This document shows, one piece after another, positions 29,769 through 38,430 of a DNA stretch of 64,000 nt. The stretch is from an uncultured cyanobacterium (GTDB lineage Bacteria; Cyanobacteriota; Cyanobacteriia; PCC-9006; JAAUQQ01): positions 2,624,001 to 2,688,000 of the forward strand of contig OY970368.1 of assembly GCA_963718615.1 (NCBI GenBank), given 5' to 3'. The translations under genes were made by a program, and so were the position numbers. Under the pieces are notes generated by a model that was not told the origin of the DNA, did not search any database, and worked only from the letters and a program-made list of their open reading frames with translations. Position 1 is the first letter of the stretch. The number at the start of each line of letters is the position of its first letter.

Positions 29769-30899
29769 ATGCTCATCCTCTGCCTGGTTCTGTCGCTGCT
29801 AATTGTCGGGGCGATCGCCTTCTACCTCGCCAGCCTTTATTTCACCGTTCGATTCTTTGCCCATCCCCCTGAGCTCGGTCCAGCCGTGTCTGGTGGTGTT
29901 TCGATCCTGGTGCCCTGCTGCGGTCTGGACGAAGGGGCTTGGGAAAATTGGTCGTCTTTTTGCCAGCAGGACTACGCGCCCTACGAGGTCTTGTTTGGGG
30001 TCGTTGATCCGGCAGACCCGGCGGTGCCTGTGATTGAAAAGCTACAGCGCAGCCAGCCCGATCGCGTGCGTCTTTTCGCCGGACTCAAACCCCTTGGGGC
30101 CAATCACAAAGACAGTAGCCTCAGTTATTTGGTCAAGGAAAGTCGCTACGACACGCTGATTTTTGCCGATAGCGATATTTGCGTGGCTCCGGACTATATT
30201 CAAATGGTGACGGCTCCCTTGGTCGATCCACAGATAGGGATGGTGACCTGTGCCTATGTGGCCCATGATCCGAGGTTTGTGGGCGGGGCGATCGCTTCCC
30301 TCGGTCGCTGTTGTGATTTTATCCCTAGTGCATTAGTTGCTAGAGCAATGGATGGTGGAATTCGGTTTGCCATTGGCGTGACGATGGCGATGGGCAAGGA
30401 GGCGTTGGAAAAAGCCGGGGGATTACACCTCAGCCGCATTGGTTCGGACTACAACTTGGGAAAACGGGTTGCTGCTACGGGCTATGGGGTTGAGCTTTCT
30501 CATTTGGTCTTGGAATCGGACACGGGGCGGGAAACCCTGGGCGAGGTGTGGCGACGGGAGCTGCGCTGGGCGCGGACGATTCGGTTTAATCGGGGAGCGG
30601 TATATTACGGACAGGTGTTTTGTTTTGGTTTAGTGTATTTGTTGCCGTTACTACTGTTGACGCGGTTTGCGGTTTGGGCGGTGGGATTGGCGATCGCCAC
30701 GATCCTGATCCGCTATCTCCAAGCCTGGGTGGCCGCAACATATATTAGTGCGCCGAAGCTGTCTCGCTGGTTTTGGCTGTTGCCCCTGCGGGAGGCGATT
30801 AGTTTTGGGGTGTGGGTGTTGGGGGCGTTTGGCGATCGCATCTATTGGCGGGGACGTTGGTTGCAGATTGAGGGAGATGGCAGGATTCGAGAGCTGTGA
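29769..30899 (+). CDS. Glycosyltransferase family 21/2 (HpnI / ceramide glucosyltransferase-like)
   Basis: QQDY..YEVLFGV, FADSDI, R.LRWARTIR, WRGR. Confidence 0.85.
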   Translation: MLILCLVLSLLIVGAIAFYLASLYFTVRFFAHPPELGPAVSGGVSILVPCCGLDEGAWENWSSFCQQDYAPYEVLFGVVDPADPAVPVIEKLQRSQPDRVRLFAGLKPLGANHKDSSLSYLVKESRYDTLIFADSDICVAPDYIQMVTAPLVDPQIGMVTCAYVAHDPRFVGGAIASLGRCCDFIPSALVARAMDGGIRFAIGVTMAMGKEALEKAGGLHLSRIGSDYNLGKRVAATGYGVELSHLVLESDTGRETLGEVWRRELRWARTIRFNRGAVYYGQVFCFGLVYLLPLLLLTRFAVWAVGLAIATILIRYLQAWVAATYISAPKLSRWFWLLPLREAISFGVWVLGAFGDRIYWRGRWLQIEGDGRIREL

Positions 30900-31210
30900 T
30901 AGAGAAAAGACACTTCAACTTCTTTTTTCTCTATCCGGAAACTTTGTGGTTTTTTTAGAAAATCGAGATTTTATGTAAGTAATTTGCAGGATGTCCGTTG
31001 AATAGTGTAGTGATTTTTCCAACATGAGATACTTTGCTCGTTAGAGGTACTGTTCTGAGAACAAGGTTTACAAGTCTTGGTGTCCAGGCCAATCACAGCT
31101 AGCCTGAGCGTTGTATAAGCTCTGGTTTTCTCCCGTCCTGGGCCAATTTGCAGCAGCTTTTCAAGCAAGGTTCGCAGATGGAATTCAACCCATAGAGAGG
31201 GAAATTACGA

Positions 31211-31930
31211 ATGAGAAGTATGTTTACAAAGGTTGGTGGAGTGGCGATCGCCACCCTCGCGATTACTACTGGCATCCAAAACCAAGCCTTAGCCGTCTTA
31301 ACTGGAGGTGCGACTTCGGTTCAAGATTCATTTACTGGACTAGAGTGGCTGCGCCTAGATCAAACAGACGGCCTGGATATTTCTCTTCCCGCGCTAGGAC
31401 CGTTTCTAGGACAGGGATATACCGTTGCAAACGGCATCCAAGTACAAGGATTACTGGGCTCCTTTTTTGGCCAGTTTGGCCTCCCTAACGATCCCCTCGC
31501 GCCTCCAGGAGATCCTGCCGCCTCAATTAGCGATACCTTATTTTCAGCCTGGACAGGGCTGTTTGGCGAAACCGTATCGTTTTCTCCCTTTGCCAGCGGT
31601 TCGGGTGGACGTTTCATCAGCGGACCAAGCACCGTTAGTAGTTTTGGGGTAATTAACAGCCCATTAAACGTATCTGCTTTGATTTCGTCTGCTTTTGGAA
31701 TGACTTTGCCAGCTTTTAGTGGCCCAATCGGAAGTTTTGCTGCCTTTTTACCCAGTTCTGGACTCTCTTCTGATCTCACAGGTGTTTTCATGGTTCGCGC
31801 GATCTCGACAACGCCAGCAGCGATTGCTCCATCCGTAACCAGCGTTCCGACTCCAGCTTTGCTGCCGGGTCTGATTGGCTTTGGGGTTAGCGTACTCAAG
31901 CGAAAGAAAAAGCAAACCGCCGAAGCGTAA
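31211..31930 (+). CDS. PTPA-CTERM sorting-domain surface protein
   Basis: Signal peptide; C-terminal VPTPALLPGLIGFGVSVLKRKKK. Confidence 0.88.
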   Translation: MRSMFTKVGGVAIATLAITTGIQNQALAVLTGGATSVQDSFTGLEWLRLDQTDGLDISLPALGPFLGQGYTVANGIQVQGLLGSFFGQFGLPNDPLAPPGDPAASISDTLFSAWTGLFGETVSFSPFASGSGGRFISGPSTVSSFGVINSPLNVSALISSAFGMTLPAFSGPIGSFAAFLPSSGLSSDLTGVFMVRAISTTPAAIAPSVTSVPTPALLPGLIGFGVSVLKRKKKQTAEA

Positions 31931-31983
31931 ACCCCACCGGCCACTGGCTGCGGGTACCCGGTTTTTGAATTGCCATCCTTTCC

Positions 31984-32012
31984 ACCGTTCTCTGCTCTGA
32001 GAGCGGTTTTTT
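31984..32012 (+). terminator. Intrinsic terminator
   Basis: accgttctc...gagagcggt followed by a T-tract. Confidence 0.7.
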
Positions 32013-32091
32013 ATGCCGTTTTTTGTACGGTATTTTGTGCGTTGCCTTGTTCACCCTCAGTCTCCCCTAGAATAGAAAGCTGCTGTTTTCC

Positions 32092-32835
32092 ATGCTAGAG
32101 AGGCTCAAGCCGGTGCCAACCTTAGGGGTCAATATCGATCACGTCGCAACCATTCGCCAAGCCCGCCGCACCGTCGAACCCGACCCAGTTGCCGCCGCTG
32201 CCCTGGTGGAACTCGCCGGAGCCGATGGCATTACCGTGCACCTGCGGGAAGACCGTCGCCATATCCAAGACCGGGACGTGCGCATCCTGCGGGAAACCGT
32301 CCGCACCCACCTCAACCTCGAAATGGCCGCTACCGATGAAATGGTTGCCATTGCCCTCCAGATCCAACCCGACTACGTCACCCTCGTCCCCGAACGCCGC
32401 GAAGAAGTCACCACCGAAGGTGGCCTCGACATTGCCGGACAGCAGGAGCGGATGAATCGCGTTGTGGATCAGCTCCAGAGCACCGGAATTCCAGTCAGCC
32501 TGTTCATCGACCCCGACTCCGCCCAAATTCAAGCCTCCGCCAAGGTTCAAGCTCAGTTCATCGAGCTCCATACCGGACGCTATGCGGAAGCCAAGGGCGA
32601 AGCAGCGGTGCAGCAGGAATTGGAATTTTTGCGGCAAGGGTGTGAGGAGGCGATCGCCGCCGGTCTCCGGGTCAACGCCGGTCACGGCCTCACCTACTGG
32701 AACACCTACCCCGTAGCAACTCTCCCCGGCATGGAAGAACTCAACATTGGCCACTCGATCATCAGTCGTGCCGTGTTGGTGGGAATTGAGCGCGCCGTGC
32801 GTGAAATGAAAGACCTCATCCAGGGACGTCTTTAA
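32092..32835 (+). CDS. pdxJ: Pyridoxine 5'-phosphate synthase
   Basis: [32 protein letters not shown]; start may be GTG 32113. Confidence 0.97.
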   Translation: MLERLKPVPTLGVNIDHVATIRQARRTVEPDPVAAAALVELAGADGITVHLREDRRHIQDRDVRILRETVRTHLNLEMAATDEMVAIALQIQPDYVTLVPERREEVTTEGGLDIAGQQERMNRVVDQLQSTGIPVSLFIDPDSAQIQASAKVQAQFIELHTGRYAEAKGEAAVQQELEFLRQGCEEAIAAGLRVNAGHGLTYWNTYPVATLPGMEELNIGHSIISRAVLVGIERAVREMKDLIQGRL

Positions 32836-32954
32836 GGATCCCAGGCCAATCTGCGCAGGAAGTCCATAGAGACCCCCCGCAGGCGATAAGATCATCTATG
32901 GTTTGAAGCTTGTACGGTTTGAACCTTGCCGTTTGATTTATAGCTCTTTTAATC

Positions 32955-33284
32955 ATGCAGACTTACCATTTCGTTCTCGCCAGCCAAAAATTCCTGTGTG
33001 AAGAGGAACCCCTCGAAGAAGTCCTGCGCGAGCGCCAGAGACATTACCAATCCCAGGAAAAAGCAATTGATTTTTGGCTCGTCACTGAGCCCGCCTTCCT
33101 AGAGGCTCCTGAACTCGCTGAATTCAAAGCCAAATGTCCTCAACCCGCCGCCGCCGTGGTCTCCACCAACGAGCAGTTCATTACCTGGCTCAAGCTTCGC
33201 CTAGAGTTTGTCCTCACGGGTCAGTTCCAAGCGCCCTCCAGTGCCATTAGTGATCCCCTCGCCTCCCTAGCCACCGCCGCCTAA
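32955..33284 (+). CDS. ycf54: Ycf54, Mg-protoporphyrin monomethyl ester cyclase accessory protein
   Basis: ASQKFL.EEE..EE.LRER, DFWLV.EP.FL, FITWLKLRL. Confidence 0.93.
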   Translation: MQTYHFVLASQKFLCEEEPLEEVLRERQRHYQSQEKAIDFWLVTEPAFLEAPELAEFKAKCPQPAAAVVSTNEQFITWLKLRLEFVLTGQFQAPSSAISDPLASLATAA

Positions 33285-33397
33285 ATCGACTATAAAATCC
33301 AGCAAAACAAATTTTCCTGGTAACATCAGCAACGCCAGGAGAATAAGGGTGTTTGTTGTCGTCGGTTGTTGTTGTTGGTTTTTACCAAAGCGGTTCT

Positions 33398-34345
33398 ATG
33401 TTTCCCCCCATCTTGCGTCACGGTATCGCTCATCTGAGTCAGAGGGTTGGCTTCAGCGCAGTCCTGCTCTGCGGTGGCCTGAGCAGTCTGGGGGGAGCGG
33501 CCCTCGCCCAATCCGTCGAGATGCTGGCGGCCTGCGAGCCGCCCCGCGCCGAAGAATATTTGCTTCTAGTTGTCGTCTCGACTCCGGCGGACCAAGACAA
33601 GCTCAAACAAACCTTGCCCCCCAGCGTCAAGGCTCCGAGCTGCAATTATTTGGGTAGTCATGTCGCGCGCATGGGAGGCTTCCGCAAACCCGAAGATGCA
33701 GATGCTTGGGCCTCTTATCTGCGGGAAGTTGCGGCCCTACCGGCCTTCATCGCCCAACCCGCCGGGGCCAAGGCCAATGCCGTCACCCCCACAACTGCGC
33801 CGACCGTCTCGCTATCTCCGGCATCTCCGGCATCTCCGGCGTCTTCGGTATCTTCTCCGGCACAACCTATTCCTCCACGACCTATTCCTCCCAGCTCTCC
33901 AGGGGCAACGGTGGCGGTGCCAGGTTCGCTTCCGTCTGCTGCGCCGGTTGCCCCATTGCCGCCTGCCAATACCGGTGCGCTTCCTGCTCCCCCGGTGCCA
34001 AGCAGTCCTCCTGGGATCGTCGTTCCCGCCTCGCTTCCCCCGGCGGCGTCCCCGGCCAATGCGAATTTGGCTCCGAGTTTGGCCTATGTTCCGCGATCGC
34101 TCCCCTCGGGTTACGGGGTCTTAGTCGACTACGGCAACCGCCCCGAAACCGCTCAGCAGGTGCAAACTATTCTCGGTCGTGCCGTTGGACTCGCCGCCTA
34201 TGGTCAACGACCCTATGTGCTGGCTCAGTTTTCGCCGGATAGCGCAGTGGCGATCGCCGTCCTCCGCACCCTCACCCAGCAAGGCTTCAGCAGCATGATC
34301 GTCGACAGCAACGGCATCACCCTCCTCACCGACCGCATCCAGTAG
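33398..34345 (+). CDS. Exported hypothetical protein with Pro/Ala/Ser-rich linker
   Basis: Signal peptide; ACEPPR..EYLLLV domain; low-complexity linker; GY.VLVDY domain. Confidence 0.7.
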   Translation: MFPPILRHGIAHLSQRVGFSAVLLCGGLSSLGGAALAQSVEMLAACEPPRAEEYLLLVVVSTPADQDKLKQTLPPSVKAPSCNYLGSHVARMGGFRKPEDADAWASYLREVAALPAFIAQPAGAKANAVTPTTAPTVSLSPASPASPASSVSSPAQPIPPRPIPPSSPGATVAVPGSLPSAAPVAPLPPANTGALPAPPVPSSPPGIVVPASLPPAASPANANLAPSLAYVPRSLPSGYGVLVDYGNRPETAQQVQTILGRAVGLAAYGQRPYVLAQFSPDSAVAIAVLRTLTQQGFSSMIVDSNGITLLTDRIQ

Positions 34346-34347
34346 GG

Positions 34348-34378
34348 ACACCAGGACAAACCGCGTTTATCCTGGTGT
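34348..34378. terminator. Hairpin between convergent genes
   Basis: acaccagga...tcctggtgt inverted repeat. Confidence 0.5.
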
Positions 34379-34410
34379 ATTGCCTAGACTCTGATGGACC
34401 TCTGTTCCCC

Positions 34411-34863
34411 TCACCGCAGCGTCGCCACCCAAGCCACCGCAATTCCCAGGGCACAACCCGCAAACACCTGAACCGGCGTGTGCCCCAGCAGTTCCTTTAG
34501 CTTTTCCTCATTGAAGTGATGATCTTCCTGGAAAAGCTCATCAATCATCTGATTGAGGATTCGCGCCTGCTTCCCCGCCGCTTGCCGAACCCCCGTCGCG
34601 TCATACATGACAATGACCGCAAACACCGTCGCCATGGCAAACTCAATGCTCTGCCACCCCCCCGTTTGCCCGACCCCTGCCGCCAGCGCCGTCACCAGCG
34701 CCGAGTGAGAGCTGGGCATCCCGCCGGACCCTAGAATGACCCGAAAATCTAACTTTCCATGGCGAACTAGACCCACCAACCCCTTAATGCCCTGGGCCAA
34801 AAAACAGGCTAAAAATGCATTTAACAGGACCTGGTTCTGAAAAATCTCTCCCACATTCTGCAT
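34411..34863 (-). CDS. Divergent PAP2 family protein (DUF212)
   Basis: SGGMPSSHSA, MYDATGVR, LKELLGHTP. Confidence 0.92.
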   Translation of the reverse strand: MQNVGEIFQNQVLLNAFLACFLAQGIKGLVGLVRHGKLDFRVILGSGGMPSSHSALVTALAAGVGQTGGWQSIEFAMATVFAVIVMYDATGVRQAAGKQARILNQMIDELFQEDHHFNEEKLKELLGHTPVQVFAGCALGIAVAWVATLR

Positions 34864-34971
34864 AACGGATCCCGCTCACTCCTGCTGCATCCCAACATGG
34901 GCAAAGCGTATCACCGGATGGACCTCAATTGGTTACTCTCAAGGAGCTACTGTTGGCTACATGACGGGTGA

Positions 34972-35970
34972 CTAATGGGTGCGGGCCGTGATGAACTCGG
35001 CGATCGCCATCAGCGGTAGCGCTTTCTCGCCCCAGCCAGCCACCTCTCCCTTCGCCGCCTCCACCAGTTGCTGAGCCTGACGACGGGATTCTTCAATGCC
35101 CCAAAGACTGGGATAGGTTACCTTCTGGGCGGTGAGATCCTTCCCGGCACTTTTACCTAGCTCTTCGGATGTCGCGGTAATATCCAGGACATCATCGACG
35201 ATTTGGAACGCCAAGCCAATGTTTTGGGCGTAGCGCAGCAACCGCGCCTGATCCGCAGCATCGGCTCCTGCCAAAATTGCACCGGAAACTACCGATACTT
35301 CCAAGAGCGCCGAGGTTTTGTGCGTGTGAATAAAATTGAGGGTTTCGAGGGACACATCAGTTTTGCCCTCGGATTCTAGATCCACGACCTGACCGCCGAC
35401 CAAACCCTCCGCCCCGACAGCTCGGCCCAGTTGAGAAATGACTTTGAGAATGCGATCGGGCGCGACGTTTTGCGTATTTTCGACAATGTATTCAAAGGCA
35501 TAGGCCAACAGCCCATCTCCTGCCAAAATCGCAATATCTTCGCCGTAAATCTTGTGATTCGTCGGTTTGCCCCGACGGAAATCGTCATTGTCCATGGCCG
35601 GTAAATCGTCATGGATCAGCGACATCGTATGCACCATCTCTAGAGCGCAGGCCGTGGGGATAGACATCTCGGTTGTCCCCCCCATCAGCTCACAGGTCGC
35701 CAAACAGAGAATCGGACGCAGCCGTTTGCCACCCGCCAGCAGCGAATAGCGCATCGACTCATAGATCGTCTTGGGATCTGCCATCGGCAAGGCACGATCG
35801 AGGGCTGTTTCCACAAAGGTTTGCTTTTCGGCCAAATACCGCTTCAGATCAAAAGCGGCGAGACTGGTCGATGCAGGTGCCGAGACATCAGAAGGATTGG
35901 GGCGAGCGCCCGCCGTTGCGGTACCGCTGAGGGTGCCGCTGACTGTACCGCCCTGGAGAGGACTCATCAT
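34972..35970 (-). CDS. crtE: Geranylgeranyl diphosphate synthase
   Basis: [24 protein letters not shown]; ATG overlaps the folD stop (ATGA). Confidence 0.93.
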   Translation of the reverse strand: MMSPLQGGTVSGTLSGTATAGARPNPSDVSAPASTSLAAFDLKRYLAEKQTFVETALDRALPMADPKTIYESMRYSLLAGGKRLRPILCLATCELMGGTTEMSIPTACALEMVHTMSLIHDDLPAMDNDDFRRGKPTNHKIYGEDIAILAGDGLLAYAFEYIVENTQNVAPDRILKVISQLGRAVGAEGLVGGQVVDLESEGKTDVSLETLNFIHTHKTSALLEVSVVSGAILAGADAADQARLLRYAQNIGLAFQIVDDVLDITATSEELGKSAGKDLTAQKVTYPSLWGIEESRRQAQQLVEAAKGEVAGWGEKALPLMAIAEFITARTH

Positions 35971-36866
35971 AGGTCTTGAGCCGATGGTGAACAACGCTGG
36001 CAATAACTCCAGACTGTATTATGCAACAGCATGGCGACGGTCATCGGACCAACTCCGCCAGGGACGGGGGTAATGTAGCTGGCGATCGCCGCCACACCAT
36101 CATAATCAACATCACCCACCAATCGAGACTTTCCCTCGGGCAGATCTACCCGATTGATCCCCACATCCACCACCACCGCACCGGGTTTGACCCTGTCGGC
36201 AGTCACCAAACCGGGTCGTCCCACGGCGGGGATCAAAATATCTGCCGAGCGGGCTACAGCGGCTAAGTCGGGGGTGCGAGAATGGGCGATCGTGACGGTC
36301 GCGTTGGCGTCTAGGAGCATCAGCGCCAAGGGTTTGCCCACCAGGATGCTGCGGCCAATGACAACGGCTGTTTTTCCCGCCGGATCAATGTCATATTCCT
36401 CCAGCAACCGCATCACCCCAGCGGGGGTACAGCTCCGTAACCCGGCTTCCCCCCGCACCAAATGACCTAGATTGACGGGGTGGAGGCCATCGGCGTCTTT
36501 TTCTGGCGCGATCTGGTGGAGCAAGGCGACGGAATCGAGTCCACTGGGCAGGGGCAATTGCACGAGAATGCCGTCCACTCGTTCATCTTGATTAAGATCC
36601 TGAATGATGCCGCTGAGGGTTGCAAAGCTGGCATCGGCGGGTAAATGCTGACCAAAAGACGTTATTCCTACGGTTTCGCAGGATCGTTCTTTGTTGCGAA
36701 CGTAGGCCGCACTGGCGGGATTGTCGCCCACCATCAAAACCGCAAGGCCGGGGGGTCGCCCAATTTGGGGCTGAAGGGCTTGGACGCGATCGCGCAAGTC
36801 CTGCTGAATTTTTGCCGCAAGGGCTTTCCCGTTCAAAATACGGGCTGGGGAGGCGGTCATGGGCAC
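35967..36866 (-). CDS. folD: Methylenetetrahydrofolate dehydrogenase/cyclohydrolase
   Basis: [27 protein letters not shown]. Confidence 0.97.
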   Translation of the reverse strand: MPMTASPARILNGKALAAKIQQDLRDRVQALQPQIGRPPGLAVLMVGDNPASAAYVRNKERSCETVGITSFGQHLPADASFATLSGIIQDLNQDERVDGILVQLPLPSGLDSVALLHQIAPEKDADGLHPVNLGHLVRGEAGLRSCTPAGVMRLLEEYDIDPAGKTAVVIGRSILVGKPLALMLLDANATVTIAHSRTPDLAAVARSADILIPAVGRPGLVTADRVKPGAVVVDVGINRVDLPEGKSRLVGDVDYDGVAAIASYITPVPGGVGPMTVAMLLHNTVWSYCQRCSPSAQDL

Positions 36867-37005
36867 CTAGGTCTTCGTCTGTTTTTTCAGTTTCTCATAG
36901 CTCCGAAAAATCCCACCCATCCTCGGCAGTCCGGATTAAAATTGACACAATTGGTTGCGAAACCATGGTTGCGAAACTAGGTTGTAAAGGTTACAAAAAT
37001 TTCCT

Positions 37006-37491
37006 ATGGCTGCTGATACCGCCCAACGGCACCCGCATGGCAAAAAATCTTCCTTTGGGGCGATCGCGATCGCGACGGGTTTAGGCTTAACACTGTTCGG
37101 TGTGGGTTGTGCGGCCACGCGTTCGGGGGAGCGCTCCTACATTACTTTTGTTGGGTTTCAGACGCCTTGGGGGGGTCGGGCACTGCCGATTGAGCGGTTG
37201 CTGGCCCAAAGAGATTTGATCCGAGGGAACCAGAAAAATCTTGAGACCTCGGTCAAAATTCAAGGCCAGATTGTGCAGCGATCGCCCCTGCTCAACGGTG
37301 TAGCCTACCGTATCCAAGACTCAACGGGATCAATTTGGGTCTATAGCGACAACCCCAAAATAAAGTTAGAGGTGGGCCAGTTTGTTACGGTTCATGGACA
37401 ACCGATGTATCAAGAGGCGAAGGTAGACAACCAGGATTTTGGCTCGTTGTACATCAAGGAAGAGCGGCGATCCCTGGCGAGTTCGGTTTAG
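37006..37491 (+). CDS. Exported OB-fold-like hypothetical protein
   Basis: N-terminal hydrophobic segment ending GVGC; IQGQIV...YRIQDSTGSIWV...VTVHG. Confidence 0.6.
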   Translation: MAADTAQRHPHGKKSSFGAIAIATGLGLTLFGVGCAATRSGERSYITFVGFQTPWGGRALPIERLLAQRDLIRGNQKNLETSVKIQGQIVQRSPLLNGVAYRIQDSTGSIWVYSDNPKIKLEVGQFVTVHGQPMYQEAKVDNQDFGSLYIKEERRSLASSV

Positions 37492-37631
37492 GGGATGGGT
37501 TTAGGCTAGAGTGGTGACTGGTCCGATTGCGGTCGGAATCCGGGCCTAGATCGAGGGCTTACTCTAGCCTTTGAGCGGAGTCGTTTGCTAGAATGGAAAA
37601 CCAGTGAAAGAAAAAGGAGATTCTCAAGTTT

Positions 37632-37805
37632 ATGGCACAGGTGACCGTTGGGGAGAACGAAGGAATTGAATCAGCACTGCGACGCTTTAAGCGTCAGGTC
37701 TCGAAAGCAGGCATCTTTGCGGATCTGAAGCGGCTACGTCACTTCGAGACCCCCATGGAGAAAAAGAAGCGGAAAGCTCAGGCCAAGCGCCGTCGCCGCA
37801 ACTAA
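37632..37805 (+). CDS. rpsU: 30S ribosomal protein S21 (57 aa; absent from ORF track)
   Basis: Manual translation [48 protein letters not shown]...; AAGGAG RBS. Confidence 0.97.
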   Translation: MAQVTVGENEGIESALRRFKRQVSKAGIFADLKRLRHFETPMEKKKRKAQAKRRRRN

Positions 37806-38350
37806 TTGCAAGACATTGCAAAGGCTGGCTGGGCAGTTCCTGGCTAAATGAAGGTCAAAACTTAGTGTTTGATAGCTCTAAATCAAGGGTCGCCATCCAA
37901 GCTGGATCGCGGCCTTTGTTTGTAGGATTTTTAGCGCATCGCTACCGAATAACTGTAACAAATAACTGTTAATTGATGGGGTGGGTTGGGGAGAGGAATT
38001 TAATTTCTGTTCCCTTAATCTGTTTTGGAGTCAATCCGAACTTTTATTCCAGACTCTAGATAATGACCTAAGGCTTTCCCCAAGGCTTCTTCAGGACTAG
38101 GCTTAGGCTCTGTCTTAAAGAGTTTCTGTAAAAACTGAGCTGTGACAAATAGAACCACAGCAGTAAGACCTACAATATGCATGGCTTATCCCTCCACGAT
38201 GTTCTTCTTGCCTTAGGATTCATCTTTCTTGTGCGTCAATCTTGATGCTTTTAAGAAATTTATCTTCGCACTATGCTAGACATGGCTAGTTTGTAAACTT
38301 TAGATAAAAATCCAGTTAGGACCTCTCAACTCATCAAAAACCTACTCATC

Positions 38351-38391
38351 AAAAAACGGATATGGCTTCAAGTGAAAAACCATATCCGTTT
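38351..38391 (-). terminator. Intrinsic terminator of the 1106-aa adhesin gene
   Basis: aaacggatatgg...ccatatccgttt with a T-tract on the minus strand. Confidence 0.75.
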
Positions 38392-38430
38392 GCCTATTCA
38401 ACACGACTGAAGGCTTGGCCCTGCCTCCTA

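Noticed and set aside
32122-32895. 257-aa ORF antisense to pdxJ
   Set aside because: Shadow frame of a GC3-rich gene; no motifs; lies almost wholly opposite a clear housekeeping gene.
36982-36996. TTGTAAAGGTTACAA palindrome as an NtcA site
   Set aside because: Spacing is GTA-N5-TAC, not GTA-N8-TAC.
37930-38340. Possible MITE or IS remnant between rpsU and the adhesin terminator
   Set aside because: No matching terminal inverted repeats or target duplication found.
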